From the NCBI GenBank assembly GCA_034429745.1, contig DAOUFY010000005.1:1544-65543 (forward strand): a stretch of 64,000 nucleotides of DNA, in the 5' to 3' direction. The notes under the pieces are model-generated. The model was not told where the DNA came from. It did no database searches and saw only the letters and a program-made list of their open reading frames with translations. The position numbers and the translations under genes are program-made. This stretch comes from Anaerolineales bacterium (GTDB lineage: Bacteria; Chloroflexota; Anaerolineae; Anaerolineales; DRKV01). Below are positions 28,568 through 39,443 of this stretch, one piece after another; within the stretch, counting starts at the first letter, position 1; each line of letters starts with the position of its first letter.

Positions 28568-29746
28568 CTACCCCATTCGATTAATCACATCTCTCAACGC
28601 TGTACTTACAGCAGCAACTTGCTCTTCAGTCATCACGCTTGAAAACGGCAGTGCCAAGCTGCGCCGCCCAAGATCTTCAGTTACCGGATAATCACCTATC
28701 TGGTAACCAAATTTTTCTACCATATAAGGTTGAAGATGGATGGGCAAAAAGTATGGTCGGGCTGGAATATCCCTTTCCGCTAAGTGTTTAGCAACTAGGT
28801 CGCGGTCAAGTTTGGAATCAAGCCGAATTACAAAAACAAACCAACTCATACGAGTGGTGGTTTCTGTAACTTTCGGCAGTTCTATACCATCAATGCGCCC
28901 TAAATAATGTTTATACCAAGCCGCGACTCGTTCGCGTTTTGCTATCAGCTCTTCCAAGCGCTGCATTTGCACCACTCCCAGCGCTGCCGAAAGTTCATCC
29001 ATTCGATAATTGTATCCTAAATATGTATGCTGCAGCCACGTATCACCTACAGCTCGCCCTTGATTGCGCAGTGCTCGTGCCAGAGCTGCTTTTTCATCAT
29101 CATCAGTAACAATCATTCCCCCCTCAGCGGTTGTTATCTGTTTGTTTGGATAGAAAGCAAACACTCCAATATCGCCTAAAGTACCTGCATTGCGCCCTTT
29201 ATAGCTTGCGCCTAATGCTTCGCAGGCATCTTCAATAAAAGCAATTCCATATTGATGACATATTGCTCTCAATGGATCAGCGTCCAATGGCTGCCCAAAC
29301 ACATCTACCCCCAATACCGCCTTCAGCTTACCGCTAAATGAAGAACCGCGGCGTGGCAGCCATCGTTCAGCAGCTTTACCCCCGCGCGTTAAATCTTTTA
29401 CAGCAGCAGAAACTTGCTCTGCATCAATATTGCCGCTGATCGGATCAACATCTACAAAGATTGGTACTGACCGCTCATAAAGAAGAACATTTGTTGAAGA
29501 GACAAAAGAAAATGGGGTGGTAATTACCCAATCCCCATCCTTTATATCAAAAAGTCGAACACAGAGATGCAAACCAGCCGTACCAGAACTCACAGCTACA
29601 GCATGCTTGCAGCCAATGCGTTTGCAGAAAATCTGCTCAAATTCAATTATCCTCTGCCCCATACTCAGCAGAGGCGTTTCCATCACCGCAGCAACTGCTT
29701 CGCGTTCAGCTTGGGTGATGTCGGGCGATGACATTGGAATTTTCAT
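28568..29746 (-). CDS. DegT/DnrJ/EryC1/StrS family PLP aminotransferase
   Basis: SSGTAGLH, IEDACEALG, FYPNK.ITT.EGG, GYNYRM motifs. Confidence 0.93.
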   Translation of the reverse strand: MKIPMSSPDITQAEREAVAAVMETPLLSMGQRIIEFEQIFCKRIGCKHAVAVSSGTAGLHLCVRLFDIKDGDWVITTPFSFVSSTNVLLYERSVPIFVDVDPISGNIDAEQVSAAVKDLTRGGKAAERWLPRRGSSFSGKLKAVLGVDVFGQPLDADPLRAICHQYGIAFIEDACEALGASYKGRNAGTLGDIGVFAFYPNKQITTAEGGMIVTDDDEKAALARALRNQGRAVGDTWLQHTYLGYNYRMDELSAALGVVQMQRLEELIAKRERVAAWYKHYLGRIDGIELPKVTETTTRMSWFVFVIRLDSKLDRDLVAKHLAERDIPARPYFLPIHLQPYMVEKFGYQIGDYPVTEDLGRRSLALPFSSVMTEEQVAAVSTALRDVINRMG

Positions 29747-29752
29747 GAGAAA

Positions 29753-30454
29753 TCAATCGCGGCGTCTTGACCCACTGAGGAGAAATACATAGTAAAGAAG
29801 TGTAGATATCGCTTGTATGGCCGCCGCAACATAAGTCAAGGCTGCAGCATCCAATACGCTCGCTACTCCGCTGCGGTCATTATGCGAAATAATTCCTAAA
29901 TTAACCAAGGCTTCTTTTGCACGCCGTGTTGCATCCCACTCCACCGGCAAAGTTACAATTGCAAACAAGGCTGTCAGAGCAAACAAACCCACTCCCAACC
30001 AAGCTAATGAATAACCCAAGCTCCCACTCATAAAGAAGCCAATCATGAAAATAATAGGCCCTAACCAACTGCCAATCTGTACTGTCGGCACCATAGCTGA
30101 ACGCACATATAACGGCAAGTAACCATGCTGATCCTGAAGAGCATGTCCGGCTTCATGCGCCGCCACTCCCACTGAGGCAATACTATTGCTTTGATACACT
30201 TCAGGGCTTAATCTCAATACTTTTTTTGTTGGATCGTAATGATCGCTTAAAAACCCGCGGGTAGCTTCTACAGCAACGTTATATAGTCCATTCGAATCCA
30301 ATATTCGACGCGCAGCCTCAGCTCCACTCATCCCTGATGCTGCCCGAACTTGTGAATATTTCTTAAAAGCATATTGCACTTTAGCTTGAGCCCACAGCCC
30401 AAGCAGAAGAGCAGGCAAAGCAAATATCAGATAGTAAGGGTCAAAATAAAACAT
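29753..30454 (-). CDS. Membrane zinc metallopeptidase (YugP-like)
   Basis: LSDHYDP..K.LRLS, AAHEAGHA.Q (HExxH), TLPVE.DA..RA, AAALTYVAA. Confidence 0.9.
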   Translation of the reverse strand: MFYFDPYYLIFALPALLLGLWAQAKVQYAFKKYSQVRAASGMSGAEAARRILDSNGLYNVAVEATRGFLSDHYDPTKKVLRLSPEVYQSNSIASVGVAAHEAGHALQDQHGYLPLYVRSAMVPTVQIGSWLGPIIFMIGFFMSGSLGYSLAWLGVGLFALTALFAIVTLPVEWDATRRAKEALVNLGIISHNDRSGVASVLDAAALTYVAAAIQAISTLLYYVFLLSGSRRRD

Positions 30455-30541
30455 AGCTCATCCCTCCCACTTGACATGTTCAAATATCTTTCTCTAATTA
30501 TCCTATCTATAAGAAAAAAGTCAAGATGATATAAGCCAATT

Positions 30542-33500
30542 TTATGAAGTTCTAACATTCCTCTCATCCAAATAAATGCTTTGAAAAGCTAGCATACGCT
30601 GATATTCACCTGCTTTTGCCAATAATTGCCTATGATTCCCACGTTCAACAATTCTGCCTTTTCTTAGCACAATAATCTCATCCATATTTTCTAAACCCAC
30701 CAAGCGATGCGTTATCCATAACACTGCTTTGTGATTTATCAAGGATTGGATGGATGTCAGCACAGCTTTCTCAGTCAATGTATCCAGATGTGCTGTAGGT
30801 TCATCAAGCACAAGCAGAGAAGCAGGCTTCAACAAAGCCATAGCCAACCCAATCCGCTGTCGTTCTCCAGCACTTAAAAAGCTGCCCCGTTCTCCAATAA
30901 TTGTCTCATATCCGCTGGGAAGGGTAAGTATTCTCTCATGAATTCCTACTGCCTTGCAAACTCGAACAACCTCTTCTTTCTCAACTTGTGGATTAGCAAG
31001 CCGAAAATGATCTAGGATGGGCATATTGAACAAGGTAAAGCGTTGGTGCAGCACAGACAGCTGATTGCGCAAATCCTCTTGGCTGTAACACTCTAAGGGA
31101 ATCCCATTCCACAACAGCTCTCCCTCCTGAACATCCCAAAAACGCAATAAAAGGTTTACTAATGACGACTTACCTGCTCCGCTGTGTCCAACAACCGCTA
31201 ATTTTTTTCCTCTTGTTAAGAAAAACGAAATATCCTCTAACACATCGGGTTCTTTTTCATCGTAACGAAATGACACATGCCGAAAAACCACTTCCTGCAA
31301 AGGTGAAATATTAACTGCCTGAATAGGGTCAACAATTTTCGGAGTCATCTTAGCAATCTCAATAAGCCGCTCAGCTGATTCTCGATTAGCTTCTAAGAAT
31401 TGAGCTGCCTGTGGTAAGGGGGTTATTGCTTCAAAGGAGGAGAGCAATGCCATAATGAGGACTGCCAGCAGTACCCCAGGAATCATTTGCTGATTTACCA
31501 TGGGAATCAACACACACAATGCAGCCCATATTGCAAGGTTAGCCCACAAATTGGTTAAACCTGCTTGAAAAGCATTGATCAACGCCATTTTTGTTTGTGC
31601 TTCAGACCAGCTTTGCTGTATGGCTTTTAACTTAGCTAGCCATTGTCTTTCAGCTTGAAAAATTAACAACTCAGCACATCCTTGAAGAAATTCCACAGTG
31701 GTACTCGTTAACTCTCTGCGCAGGCTGAGAATAGACCTTCCAATCGAACGACTAAGTCTATACACTCCCAAAGGAGTAATGATAGCAGCACAAATGATTG
31801 CCAACCACAGTATAATAATTAAGGGCTTTGCATAAACCATAAAAAACACGGAAAGTGCAGCAACCACCAATAAAGCAACCAAAGGTGGAAAAGATACCCT
31901 GAGATAAAACTGATCCAAAGAACTTATATCAGCATTTATCGTCTCATAAATATCTGCGCTTCTCTTCATTTGCAGCTGAGCCGGAACGAGAGGCTCTAAT
32001 ACAGAATAAAACCATGCTCTTAATCGGGTGAGCAATTTCAAGGTTGCCTGATGTGAAATCAACCGCTCAATATAACGAAACACGCCCCGCGAAATGCCAA
32101 AAAACCTGACCCCTACAATAGCCACATTAAGATCTGCTATTGAAGGGTGCAAAGCAGCTGCAGAAATAATAAATGCTGCTGCACTCATTAAGCTAATTCC
32201 ACTCAGCACAGTGAGACTTCCTACAAGGATGGACCAAGAAATAGGCAGGATAAGCTCGGCATGCAAAGCGATCAACTGATTCAACTGCCGAATTTTCAAG
32301 TTACTTATCTGCTGTATCATTGGCAAGCTCATTACCCAGTGCTGTATTGCATTGATTACGCTGTTCTTCTGCACCCACAAACCAGTAGATGTGTCGCTTT
32401 TCTCTTCAAAATTTAAGGAAAGCGGAATATTTAATTGGGTTGAATCCGCATGATATTGTTCAGTATCGAGACCTAAAGAATCTAAAGTTGGTTCTTCCAT
32501 CAACACTTCTGCATGGCTAGAGGCATTCACAAGCTCGCGATAGACGCCTTCTTCTTCCAATAACTTTTCATGCGTTCCTCGTTGAACGACACTACCATTT
32601 GATAGAACTATGATTTGATCGGCTTTTACAACCGTAGCCAGCCGATGCGCAAGCACCAATACACTTCTCTCCTTTGCTAACCGCGATAAAGCCTCCTGAA
32701 TATACTGTTCCGACTCCACGTCTAAGGCTGAAGTCGGTTCATCAACAACTAAGAGAAAGCTGTCCTTTTTTAAAAAAGCCCTCGCTAACGCCAAGCGCTG
32801 CGCCTCGCCTACACTTAATCGTACCCCTCTTTCTCCAACAATTGTTTCATATCCTTGTGGCATACTCTGGATAAATTCATGAGCATGTGCCAATTCGGCT
32901 GCATTTATTATTTCCTGCAAGCTAGCCTGAGGAACAGCAAGGCGGATATTCTCTATGATTGTTCCATCAAACAAATAAGGAGATTGGGCAACCCAGCTTA
33001 CTTTACTTCGCCACCATTCCATATCTAGCTTACTCAATGGTATATCGTTATAGGTAACTTCCCCGCTGGAAGGCTGGAGAAACCCCAACAATATAGCTGT
33101 AAGGGTGCTTTTGCCTGCCCCGCTTGGTCCAACTAATGCAGTTAATTGCCTTGGCTTCATTTCAAACGAGATATCTTTAAGCGTAGCTCGAGTGTTTTGA
33201 TGAAAAGAAAAATTCACCTGCCGAAAACAGATTTTTTCCAAGGGTTCATACGGCACTGCATCCCCTTGATACATTGGCGACGGTTTCGATAAAACATCAA
33301 AAATTCGGTTAGCTGCACTTACACCATTGGTAGCGCTGTGGAATTTTGAACCCAATTGTCGCAAAGGCAAATATAATTCCGGCGCCAAGAATAGCACAAA
33401 CAATGCATCTTCAAATTCCATAAATCCATACAGTAATCTTAACCCCACACCTACAGCAACTACTGCTGTACTGATTGTGGAAAGCAGTTCTAAACTCAAC

Positions 33501-34255
33501 GCCGAAAGGAAGGCTACCCTCAGCACTTTCATTGTTGCTTGTTCATGCTCTTCCCCGACCGCAGTAATAAAATGTACCTGTTGCCGGCTGCGATTGAACA
33601 CCTTTAGCATGTTTAGAGCTTGCAATAATTCCAGATAAACTGCGCTCATGCGGCTTAAGGCGTTCCATTGCTTTTCAGTTAAATTACTCACAGCTTTACC
33701 AATCAGCACCATAAAAAGGGGTATCAACGGCGCTGTAACAGCAAAAATCAGCGCAGAAAGCCAATCATAACCGAGCACAATAAAAATAATGATTAAGGGA
33801 TAAACAGCAGCACTCCACAGTTGAGGCAGCCATTCTCGCAAATAAGGGTCTATAGCTTCAATTCCCTCAACAACCGTGTTGACCATCTCACCTACTCGCC
33901 CTTGAGCCACATTATAAGGACCTAGCACCAGCAAAGCAGATAAGACTTTTTCGCGCAATTGGGTCTTGCTCTGCCTTGTATAGACTTCAGCAAAATAATC
34001 CTTGGCTAAGGAAAGCAGAAAGCGAAACATTATGCACTCAAGCAACCAAATCAACTCTTGGCTCACTTGAGTTAGAGATTGATGATTAAGAAAAACTCCC
34101 TGAATAATTCGGCTCAGTAAAAATGCCTGGACTACAACAGTTACTCCCCCAAAAGATACCAACAGCAGGCATAATAAAAAAGCGAACCTAACAAGAGTTG
34201 GCTGCCAAACCAAATTAAATAATCGTTTGTCCAACACAGTTAGTTCCTTAAGCAA
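30542..34255 (-). CDS. cydDC: Fused CydD-CydC thiol-reductant ABC exporter
   Basis: Two TMD-NBD halves: CydD motifs (YL..WLPQ, LFLAPELYLPLRQLG.KFH) and CydC motifs (SAAFIISAA, GVRFFGISRGVFRY.ERL.SH) in one open frame. Confidence 0.9.
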   Translation of the reverse strand: MLKELTVLDKRLFNLVWQPTLVRFAFLLCLLLVSFGGVTVVVQAFLLSRIIQGVFLNHQSLTQVSQELIWLLECIMFRFLLSLAKDYFAEVYTRQSKTQLREKVLSALLVLGPYNVAQGRVGEMVNTVVEGIEAIDPYLREWLPQLWSAAVYPLIIIFIVLGYDWLSALIFAVTAPLIPLFMVLIGKAVSNLTEKQWNALSRMSAVYLELLQALNMLKVFNRSRQQVHFITAVGEEHEQATMKVLRVAFLSALSLELLSTISTAVVAVGVGLRLLYGFMEFEDALFVLFLAPELYLPLRQLGSKFHSATNGVSAANRIFDVLSKPSPMYQGDAVPYEPLEKICFRQVNFSFHQNTRATLKDISFEMKPRQLTALVGPSGAGKSTLTAILLGFLQPSSGEVTYNDIPLSKLDMEWWRSKVSWVAQSPYLFDGTIIENIRLAVPQASLQEIINAAELAHAHEFIQSMPQGYETIVGERGVRLSVGEAQRLALARAFLKKDSFLLVVDEPTSALDVESEQYIQEALSRLAKERSVLVLAHRLATVVKADQIIVLSNGSVVQRGTHEKLLEEEGVYRELVNASSHAEVLMEEPTLDSLGLDTEQYHADSTQLNIPLSLNFEEKSDTSTGLWVQKNSVINAIQHWVMSLPMIQQISNLKIRQLNQLIALHAELILPISWSILVGSLTVLSGISLMSAAAFIISAAALHPSIADLNVAIVGVRFFGISRGVFRYIERLISHQATLKLLTRLRAWFYSVLEPLVPAQLQMKRSADIYETINADISSLDQFYLRVSFPPLVALLVVAALSVFFMVYAKPLIIILWLAIICAAIITPLGVYRLSRSIGRSILSLRRELTSTTVEFLQGCAELLIFQAERQWLAKLKAIQQSWSEAQTKMALINAFQAGLTNLWANLAIWAALCVLIPMVNQQMIPGVLLAVLIMALLSSFEAITPLPQAAQFLEANRESAERLIEIAKMTPKIVDPIQAVNISPLQEVVFRHVSFRYDEKEPDVLEDISFFLTRGKKLAVVGHSGAGKSSLVNLLLRFWDVQEGELLWNGIPLECYSQEDLRNQLSVLHQRFTLFNMPILDHFRLANPQVEKEEVVRVCKAVGIHERILTLPSGYETIIGERGSFLSAGERQRIGLAMALLKPASLLVLDEPTAHLDTLTEKAVLTSIQSLINHKAVLWITHRLVGLENMDEIIVLRKGRIVERGNHRQLLAKAGEYQRMLAFQSIYLDERNVRTS

Positions 34256-34263
34256 CCAACCAA

Positions 34264-35292
34264 TCAGCGGTATGCGCTTAAACGCATCACATAGCGATTA
34301 ATTGATCCAAAACGAATTTTATAATCCTCTTCACCGCGCATGAAATCAAACAGTTGACGTCCGTACTCAATTGCCCATTGAATTAAACATCCCAATAAAA
34401 CCCAGCCCGGCGAGAGATAAGCAAATTTAGGATTCAAACCCGAATTATAAATCCACAAACTATTGGCATAATCAAAGTTTAAATAAGCCGCTGCTTTCTC
34501 ACCATCAACTTCTAAAAAAGCAAGCTGCAGCCAACCGGCTTCAAAAGCTGCATGGGCAATACTTGTCATCTGCAAGCGCATGCGATCACTTAAGAAAGCG
34601 ACTTTGTTTTCATCCATCAACATCAGGTTAAAAAACGCATCTAATTCTTCGTCGAGCTTCTCTATCTCCTGAACAATATACCAACGCTTTTTGCTAGGAA
34701 GTTCTTGAAAGCGGCGCAGCTTGCGTCGTATTTCATGCCTTTGCTTTTTATCCACTGTGGCTAAATAGGAATCCCAGCTATCTTTCAAAGGAATATAAGG
34801 GGCTGGTTGCAGACGTTCTATATCAACTTTCCAGCCCCTTGCTTCAGCGCAGCGGCTAAAATCTGCAACTGTAGGCGAGTCCTCCAACACGTTAACCCAA
34901 TGTATTTCTTGCCAAGTCGTACGCGGTAGCTGTTCTAAGTGCTCAAACAACGCTTCCAGAAAGCGAAAAGAATTTTCAGGCTTCACAATAACATCTAAAT
35001 AGTCCGAAATCTCCACACTACCAATGAGTAGTAATTGTTTTGCTCCCAGTTTATCCTTCGTAAAAAAAAGTGGAGCAATACCCAAAAGCTGATCAGACCG
35101 ATTATCCTCCTCAGCAACAATGATATACAAATCACCCTGCTGCCATTCCCCGCCACCCAAATGCTGCCACCAGGCTTTTATATATTCCGCTCGAAGAAAC
35201 GGCACATGGCTGGCGCTTTGACAAAGCAAATCGTTCCATGGTTTTGCCAAAGATATTAGTTCATTGATATCAGTAATAACTCTTAATTTCAT
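34264..35292 (-). CDS. GNAT family N-acetyltransferase (CelD/BcsL-like)
   Basis: L.GIAPL, SDYLD, RHEIRRK.RR, YNSGLNP...SPG.VLL and FDFMRGEE.YK motifs. Confidence 0.85.
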   Translation of the reverse strand: MKLRVITDINELISLAKPWNDLLCQSASHVPFLRAEYIKAWWQHLGGGEWQQGDLYIIVAEEDNRSDQLLGIAPLFFTKDKLGAKQLLLIGSVEISDYLDVIVKPENSFRFLEALFEHLEQLPRTTWQEIHWVNVLEDSPTVADFSRCAEARGWKVDIERLQPAPYIPLKDSWDSYLATVDKKQRHEIRRKLRRFQELPSKKRWYIVQEIEKLDEELDAFFNLMLMDENKVAFLSDRMRLQMTSIAHAAFEAGWLQLAFLEVDGEKAAAYLNFDYANSLWIYNSGLNPKFAYLSPGWVLLGCLIQWAIEYGRQLFDFMRGEEDYKIRFGSINRYVMRLSAYR

Positions 35293-35364
35293 AGCTTAAT
35301 AACCTGTTCTAAAGAAAGCTTTACGCAAACAGCAAATGTAAAACCAGAGTATAATTAGGAAAGT

Positions 35365-37875
35365 ATGAGCCAATCTGTTGATATTTCACTTATTCCGATC
35401 GCATTTAGGCCAAGCCAGCTTGAGCAAGAACTCAATGCCCTTTTTATTGCCTATCCTCCGCGTTACACAGCCCGCAGCAGAGATGCCGATCGACTCATCT
35501 TTTACTTGCCCAACATCGCGCACCTTCCAATCACACGTGATAGCCTTGAAAAAACCCTTCATCATATCCAAAGTACTTATTATAAAACCAAAGGTGCAGT
35601 TACTAGCGCGATGCGCCTTACTCTTGAAGAGTTGAACCTGCATTTCCTACGCCAAAACGATCTCGCTTTGCAGAAACAATCAACACCCGAAACAGAAGCA
35701 AAAAGCGTGGGTATTCCAATAACTTTTTCTGTCCTGCGCCTTGCCCAAAATACTCCTCCAGCGCTTTTCATTGCCCAATGTGGTCATAGTCAAATTGTAC
35801 ACATCAGCTCAAAAACTGTCCAACGCATCTATGACCCCCAACGAAGCGGTCAAGGGCTAGGCGTAAGCCGTTCGCTCTCCATTCACTTCCTTCAAATTCC
35901 GGCCCAAGCAGACGATTATCTCTTATGGATACCCTCACTGACTATCCCATGGAAAGCACCCATCCTACAAGCTATTCATGGACTCGCTTTAGAAAAAGCG
36001 CATCATCATTTTTTAGATAAAAATAATTATGACCATCTTAGTGCAAATAACAGAGCTATTTTACTACAAATTCAGCAAGGCAAGGGTGAAATCCACATTA
36101 TCAAGCCCCATAAAAGTCAAGTCATCTCTAAAGAATCGACTGTACCCGCCAAACCAGTGGAAATAAATACTGAACCTGTTAAACCTCGTGATGGATATAT
36201 TACACCCACACCTAAAGAAGAAGCTCCTGAAGTCCAGTCTGAAATTGTCATTTCGCAAGAAGCGGAAAGTCGTTCAACACAAAGATCACTCCCCATAAGT
36301 GATACAACCATATCTTCACCGAACCAGGAAAGTCCTCAACCGGCTCAGATACCTCCCCTTGATTCTGAAAGCCCAACAGCCAAACCCCAACCTTCAGGTG
36401 AGAAAGAACCTTCAAAAGTTGATACTGTTCCAGACACCGCCTCACCTACTCCTCAAATTAAGCGTGAGGCTGTTAGCGCAGATGAGAATAAGCCATCTGA
36501 TACCTCAACAATCAATATACCTAAACCACAGAGTCCGCCGCAACAGCAGCGAGCCAATATTTTCCAAAGGCTTTCCTTTTTATCATTGCCGCAGCCAATA
36601 CAACGCTTGTGGAAAAATTTTTTGCTTCTTCTTTACCGAAAACATAAAACTCAACCGAAAAGAGAAGAAGCACCTTCATTCCAACTTCCCTCCAGTGTTA
36701 TGGTTGCCATTGCTGTCCTGGTGCCAATTGTGGTAGTCGCTATTACTAGCATGGTTTATTTACAGCGAGGCATTTCGTCACTCAATGAGGAATATTACCT
36801 TAAAGCTCAATCCATTGCTGTCAAAGCTATTAGTGAAAAAGATCCTCAGCGAAAACGGCGCACTATTCAAGAAAGCCTAGCCTTGCTGGATAAAGCAGAA
36901 AGCTATACCATCACCGAAAAATCAAGCGCCTTGCGCGATTACTTAGAAGCTCTTACGGATGAAATTGATGGCATTATCCGCTTAGATTTTCAGCCTGTTT
37001 TATCTGGCAGGTTGCCACCTAATGTAGATATTAAGAAGATTCTATTAATCGGTGATGATTTATACCTCTACAACGCTACACAAGGGAACGTATTGCGAGC
37101 TGAGCGCACCGCTCAAGGTTTTGCTATTGATCCAAATTTTTACTGCGGTCCAGGCTCCAATGTTGGACCATTAATTGACGTATCACCGCTAACATGGAAT
37201 GGAGATATCAAAGCAGCTTTAGTAGGCATGGATAAATCTGGTCAATTGCTTTATTGCGGCGGTGAAAAGCCGCTATATCACACGCTTATACCTCCTGACA
37301 AGGGATGGGGAGAACCTAAAATTATCGTTGCCGAATATAGCCGTTTATACATTTTGGATACAAAAACGAATGCAATATGGGTTTATTCATCCAAAGAAGA
37401 GAATGACTTTAGTGAAAAACCTTTCTTCCTCTTCTCCACCAAAGCTCCCAATATTCAAGATGTACTATCTATGACAGTATATCGCGGCGATATTTACTTG
37501 CTCCATAAGGACGGCCACTTGACAAAATGCATCTACAATTTTTGGTATCAATCCTCTACCCGTTGTGAAGATCAAGCGGCTTATACAAATGCTCGTTCTG
37601 ATAGCTCTTTTTATAAAATAAAACGTCCGGATGGCAGTTATGCACAGTTAAGCCAAATTATTTACGCACCACCGCCTGATCCATCAATTTACCTGCTAGA
37701 TAGTGAAACGTTATCCATATATCATCTTAGCTTGAGGCTTACCATTCAACAAGAATACCGCGCTCAAAAAGAGCTTTCTAGGAATAAGCGCCCTGCAAGT
37801 GCTTTTTATGTTGGTTCTAACCGAGTGGTTTTTCTTGCTATTGGGAACAATGTATATTTCGCCTCATTGCCTTAA
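35365..37875 (+). CDS. Membrane protein: PP2C-like N-terminal domain lacking catalytic Asp residues, P/S/E/T linker, TM, C-terminal probable beta-propeller
   Basis: LFIAQCGHS resembles PP2C lyiAhvGDS; GLG...DDYLLW resembles ALG...gDxLLLCSDG; TM at VMVAIAVLVPIVVVAITSMVYL; YILD/IWVY strand repeats. Confidence 0.55.
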   Translation: MSQSVDISLIPIAFRPSQLEQELNALFIAYPPRYTARSRDADRLIFYLPNIAHLPITRDSLEKTLHHIQSTYYKTKGAVTSAMRLTLEELNLHFLRQNDLALQKQSTPETEAKSVGIPITFSVLRLAQNTPPALFIAQCGHSQIVHISSKTVQRIYDPQRSGQGLGVSRSLSIHFLQIPAQADDYLLWIPSLTIPWKAPILQAIHGLALEKAHHHFLDKNNYDHLSANNRAILLQIQQGKGEIHIIKPHKSQVISKESTVPAKPVEINTEPVKPRDGYITPTPKEEAPEVQSEIVISQEAESRSTQRSLPISDTTISSPNQESPQPAQIPPLDSESPTAKPQPSGEKEPSKVDTVPDTASPTPQIKREAVSADENKPSDTSTINIPKPQSPPQQQRANIFQRLSFLSLPQPIQRLWKNFLLLLYRKHKTQPKREEAPSFQLPSSVMVAIAVLVPIVVVAITSMVYLQRGISSLNEEYYLKAQSIAVKAISEKDPQRKRRTIQESLALLDKAESYTITEKSSALRDYLEALTDEIDGIIRLDFQPVLSGRLPPNVDIKKILLIGDDLYLYNATQGNVLRAERTAQGFAIDPNFYCGPGSNVGPLIDVSPLTWNGDIKAALVGMDKSGQLLYCGGEKPLYHTLIPPDKGWGEPKIIVAEYSRLYILDTKTNAIWVYSSKEENDFSEKPFFLFSTKAPNIQDVLSMTVYRGDIYLLHKDGHLTKCIYNFWYQSSTRCEDQAAYTNARSDSSFYKIKRPDGSYAQLSQIIYAPPPDPSIYLLDSETLSIYHLSLRLTIQQEYRAQKELSRNKRPASAFYVGSNRVVFLAIGNNVYFASLP

Positions 37876-39407
37876 CGCTCTCCTTTTGGCAATGAAATTT
37901 CTTGATGATGATGCAATACATAATAAAGGACCAAAGCTGCACACAACACTGCACAACCTTGCACCACATACATTTGAGGTGACATCCAAGGTCCGTAGTT
38001 CATCATATATGCATCCGCAAATCCTTCTTGTATTGCAACATTGATGCGATACCATACCTTAGAGAACAAAAAGGAAATAACAAAGAACAACTGCACAAAA
38101 GCCGGCTTCAATTCTATCGAGTCCAATGCTTTTATAGTAAATATCACAAAGAAAGGAAAGGCTGCCGTAAGGAAACGCGACTCCGAAGAAAGACTTAAGA
38201 TCATATTCCCGACAAAGAATAAGGTTAGGCCAATAGGAAAGCGCTGAATTTGTTTAACAATATCTTTCCAGAAAAATACCGTTAATAATACAAGGGGTCC
38301 AAAATATACAATATGAGAAACCAAAAATACTGCCGGGGCTCCAATAGCTTTATAGACTGCATTTCTTACAAACAAGCGCATATACACATACTCGGCTGAG
38401 TCTAATCCATAGGTGTTAATAACCGCATTCACCCCCCAAAAGACAGCGATAGAGATCGGCAGATTAACTGAAATAAGAGAAATAATATGGTCTTTTATTT
38501 GATATAGCGAGGGAAAATTTAATAACGAACGCAATACTAGCCACAAATATACACAAGCGATCAATATGCTTAAATAAATTACCGATTTGTCTAAAATCCA
38601 CCATTTATCCTCTAATCCCCTACCAAAACCTTCTCGCAAGGTCTGCAATAGCCATACAACAGCTATTCCGGTAAGTACAACATCTAGCCGCAGATGCGAA
38701 AAAAGGAAAGGTTTTTCCCTCTCAGGTGTTGGTTTTGAAAAAAGAAACAAAACGATGCCATAATAAATCATCGTTTGCCATGTAAAAGAGCCCACAATTA
38801 CTGTAATCCAAAAACCTAACCATTGGCGTTTTAAATAAAAATATAATAATAGGACACCTAGAACAAAAGCCGTCTGATCAGTAAATACTGGTCTGTAAAA
38901 ATATAACTTTAGTACAAAAACATTAACAAAAAGCCCAATATAAGCAGCCCACCTCCCAAGAGGTGAGAGTTTCATCTCTTCAGTTATTTTTTGCCATATT
39001 ACTACAGCTAAAATAAGCAGGGCAAGGTTATAAGCCCGAAATCCATTGATAATATCTCTATCGGAAGGTTTAGCAATGCCTAAAATTTGAAAAGAATAAT
39101 GTAGAACAAAGCTCGGAACCGCACGTTGCACATAATACTTTAGCACTTGATGTGAACCTATGCGTTCAGGAAAGTTGAGTACCAATTCCTTGAACTCTGC
39201 TCCTTCTTCATAGCCAAAACCATTTCCCTCGAGAATAATTTCGCCGTAAAAAATTAAATTAAACCCGCCTAGTATAAGTAGGGTTATTAAAAAGATGAAA
39301 AGTGGGGATCGGATTAACGCCCTTCCTTTTTCAACCCCCTGCCTAAAATATAATTTACTTCTGGCAAAAAACGGCGAGGAAGGCAAGGTTGGATCAGCAT
39401 TTGACAT
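37872..39407 (-). CDS. Polytopic membrane protein, possible GT-C-fold glycosyltransferase
   Basis: More than 10 hydrophobic segments with an N-terminal loop carrying acidic/aromatic residues and SESRF in a late loop; family not certain. Confidence 0.4.
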   Translation of the reverse strand: MSNADPTLPSSPFFARSKLYFRQGVEKGRALIRSPLFIFLITLLILGGFNLIFYGEIILEGNGFGYEEGAEFKELVLNFPERIGSHQVLKYYVQRAVPSFVLHYSFQILGIAKPSDRDIINGFRAYNLALLILAVVIWQKITEEMKLSPLGRWAAYIGLFVNVFVLKLYFYRPVFTDQTAFVLGVLLLYFYLKRQWLGFWITVIVGSFTWQTMIYYGIVLFLFSKPTPEREKPFLFSHLRLDVVLTGIAVVWLLQTLREGFGRGLEDKWWILDKSVIYLSILIACVYLWLVLRSLLNFPSLYQIKDHIISLISVNLPISIAVFWGVNAVINTYGLDSAEYVYMRLFVRNAVYKAIGAPAVFLVSHIVYFGPLVLLTVFFWKDIVKQIQRFPIGLTLFFVGNMILSLSSESRFLTAAFPFFVIFTIKALDSIELKPAFVQLFFVISFLFSKVWYRINVAIQEGFADAYMMNYGPWMSPQMYVVQGCAVLCAALVLYYVLHHHQEISLPKGER

Positions 39408-39443
39408 AGATTTCGATCTTACTATAGATAAATCAAGAGTAAT

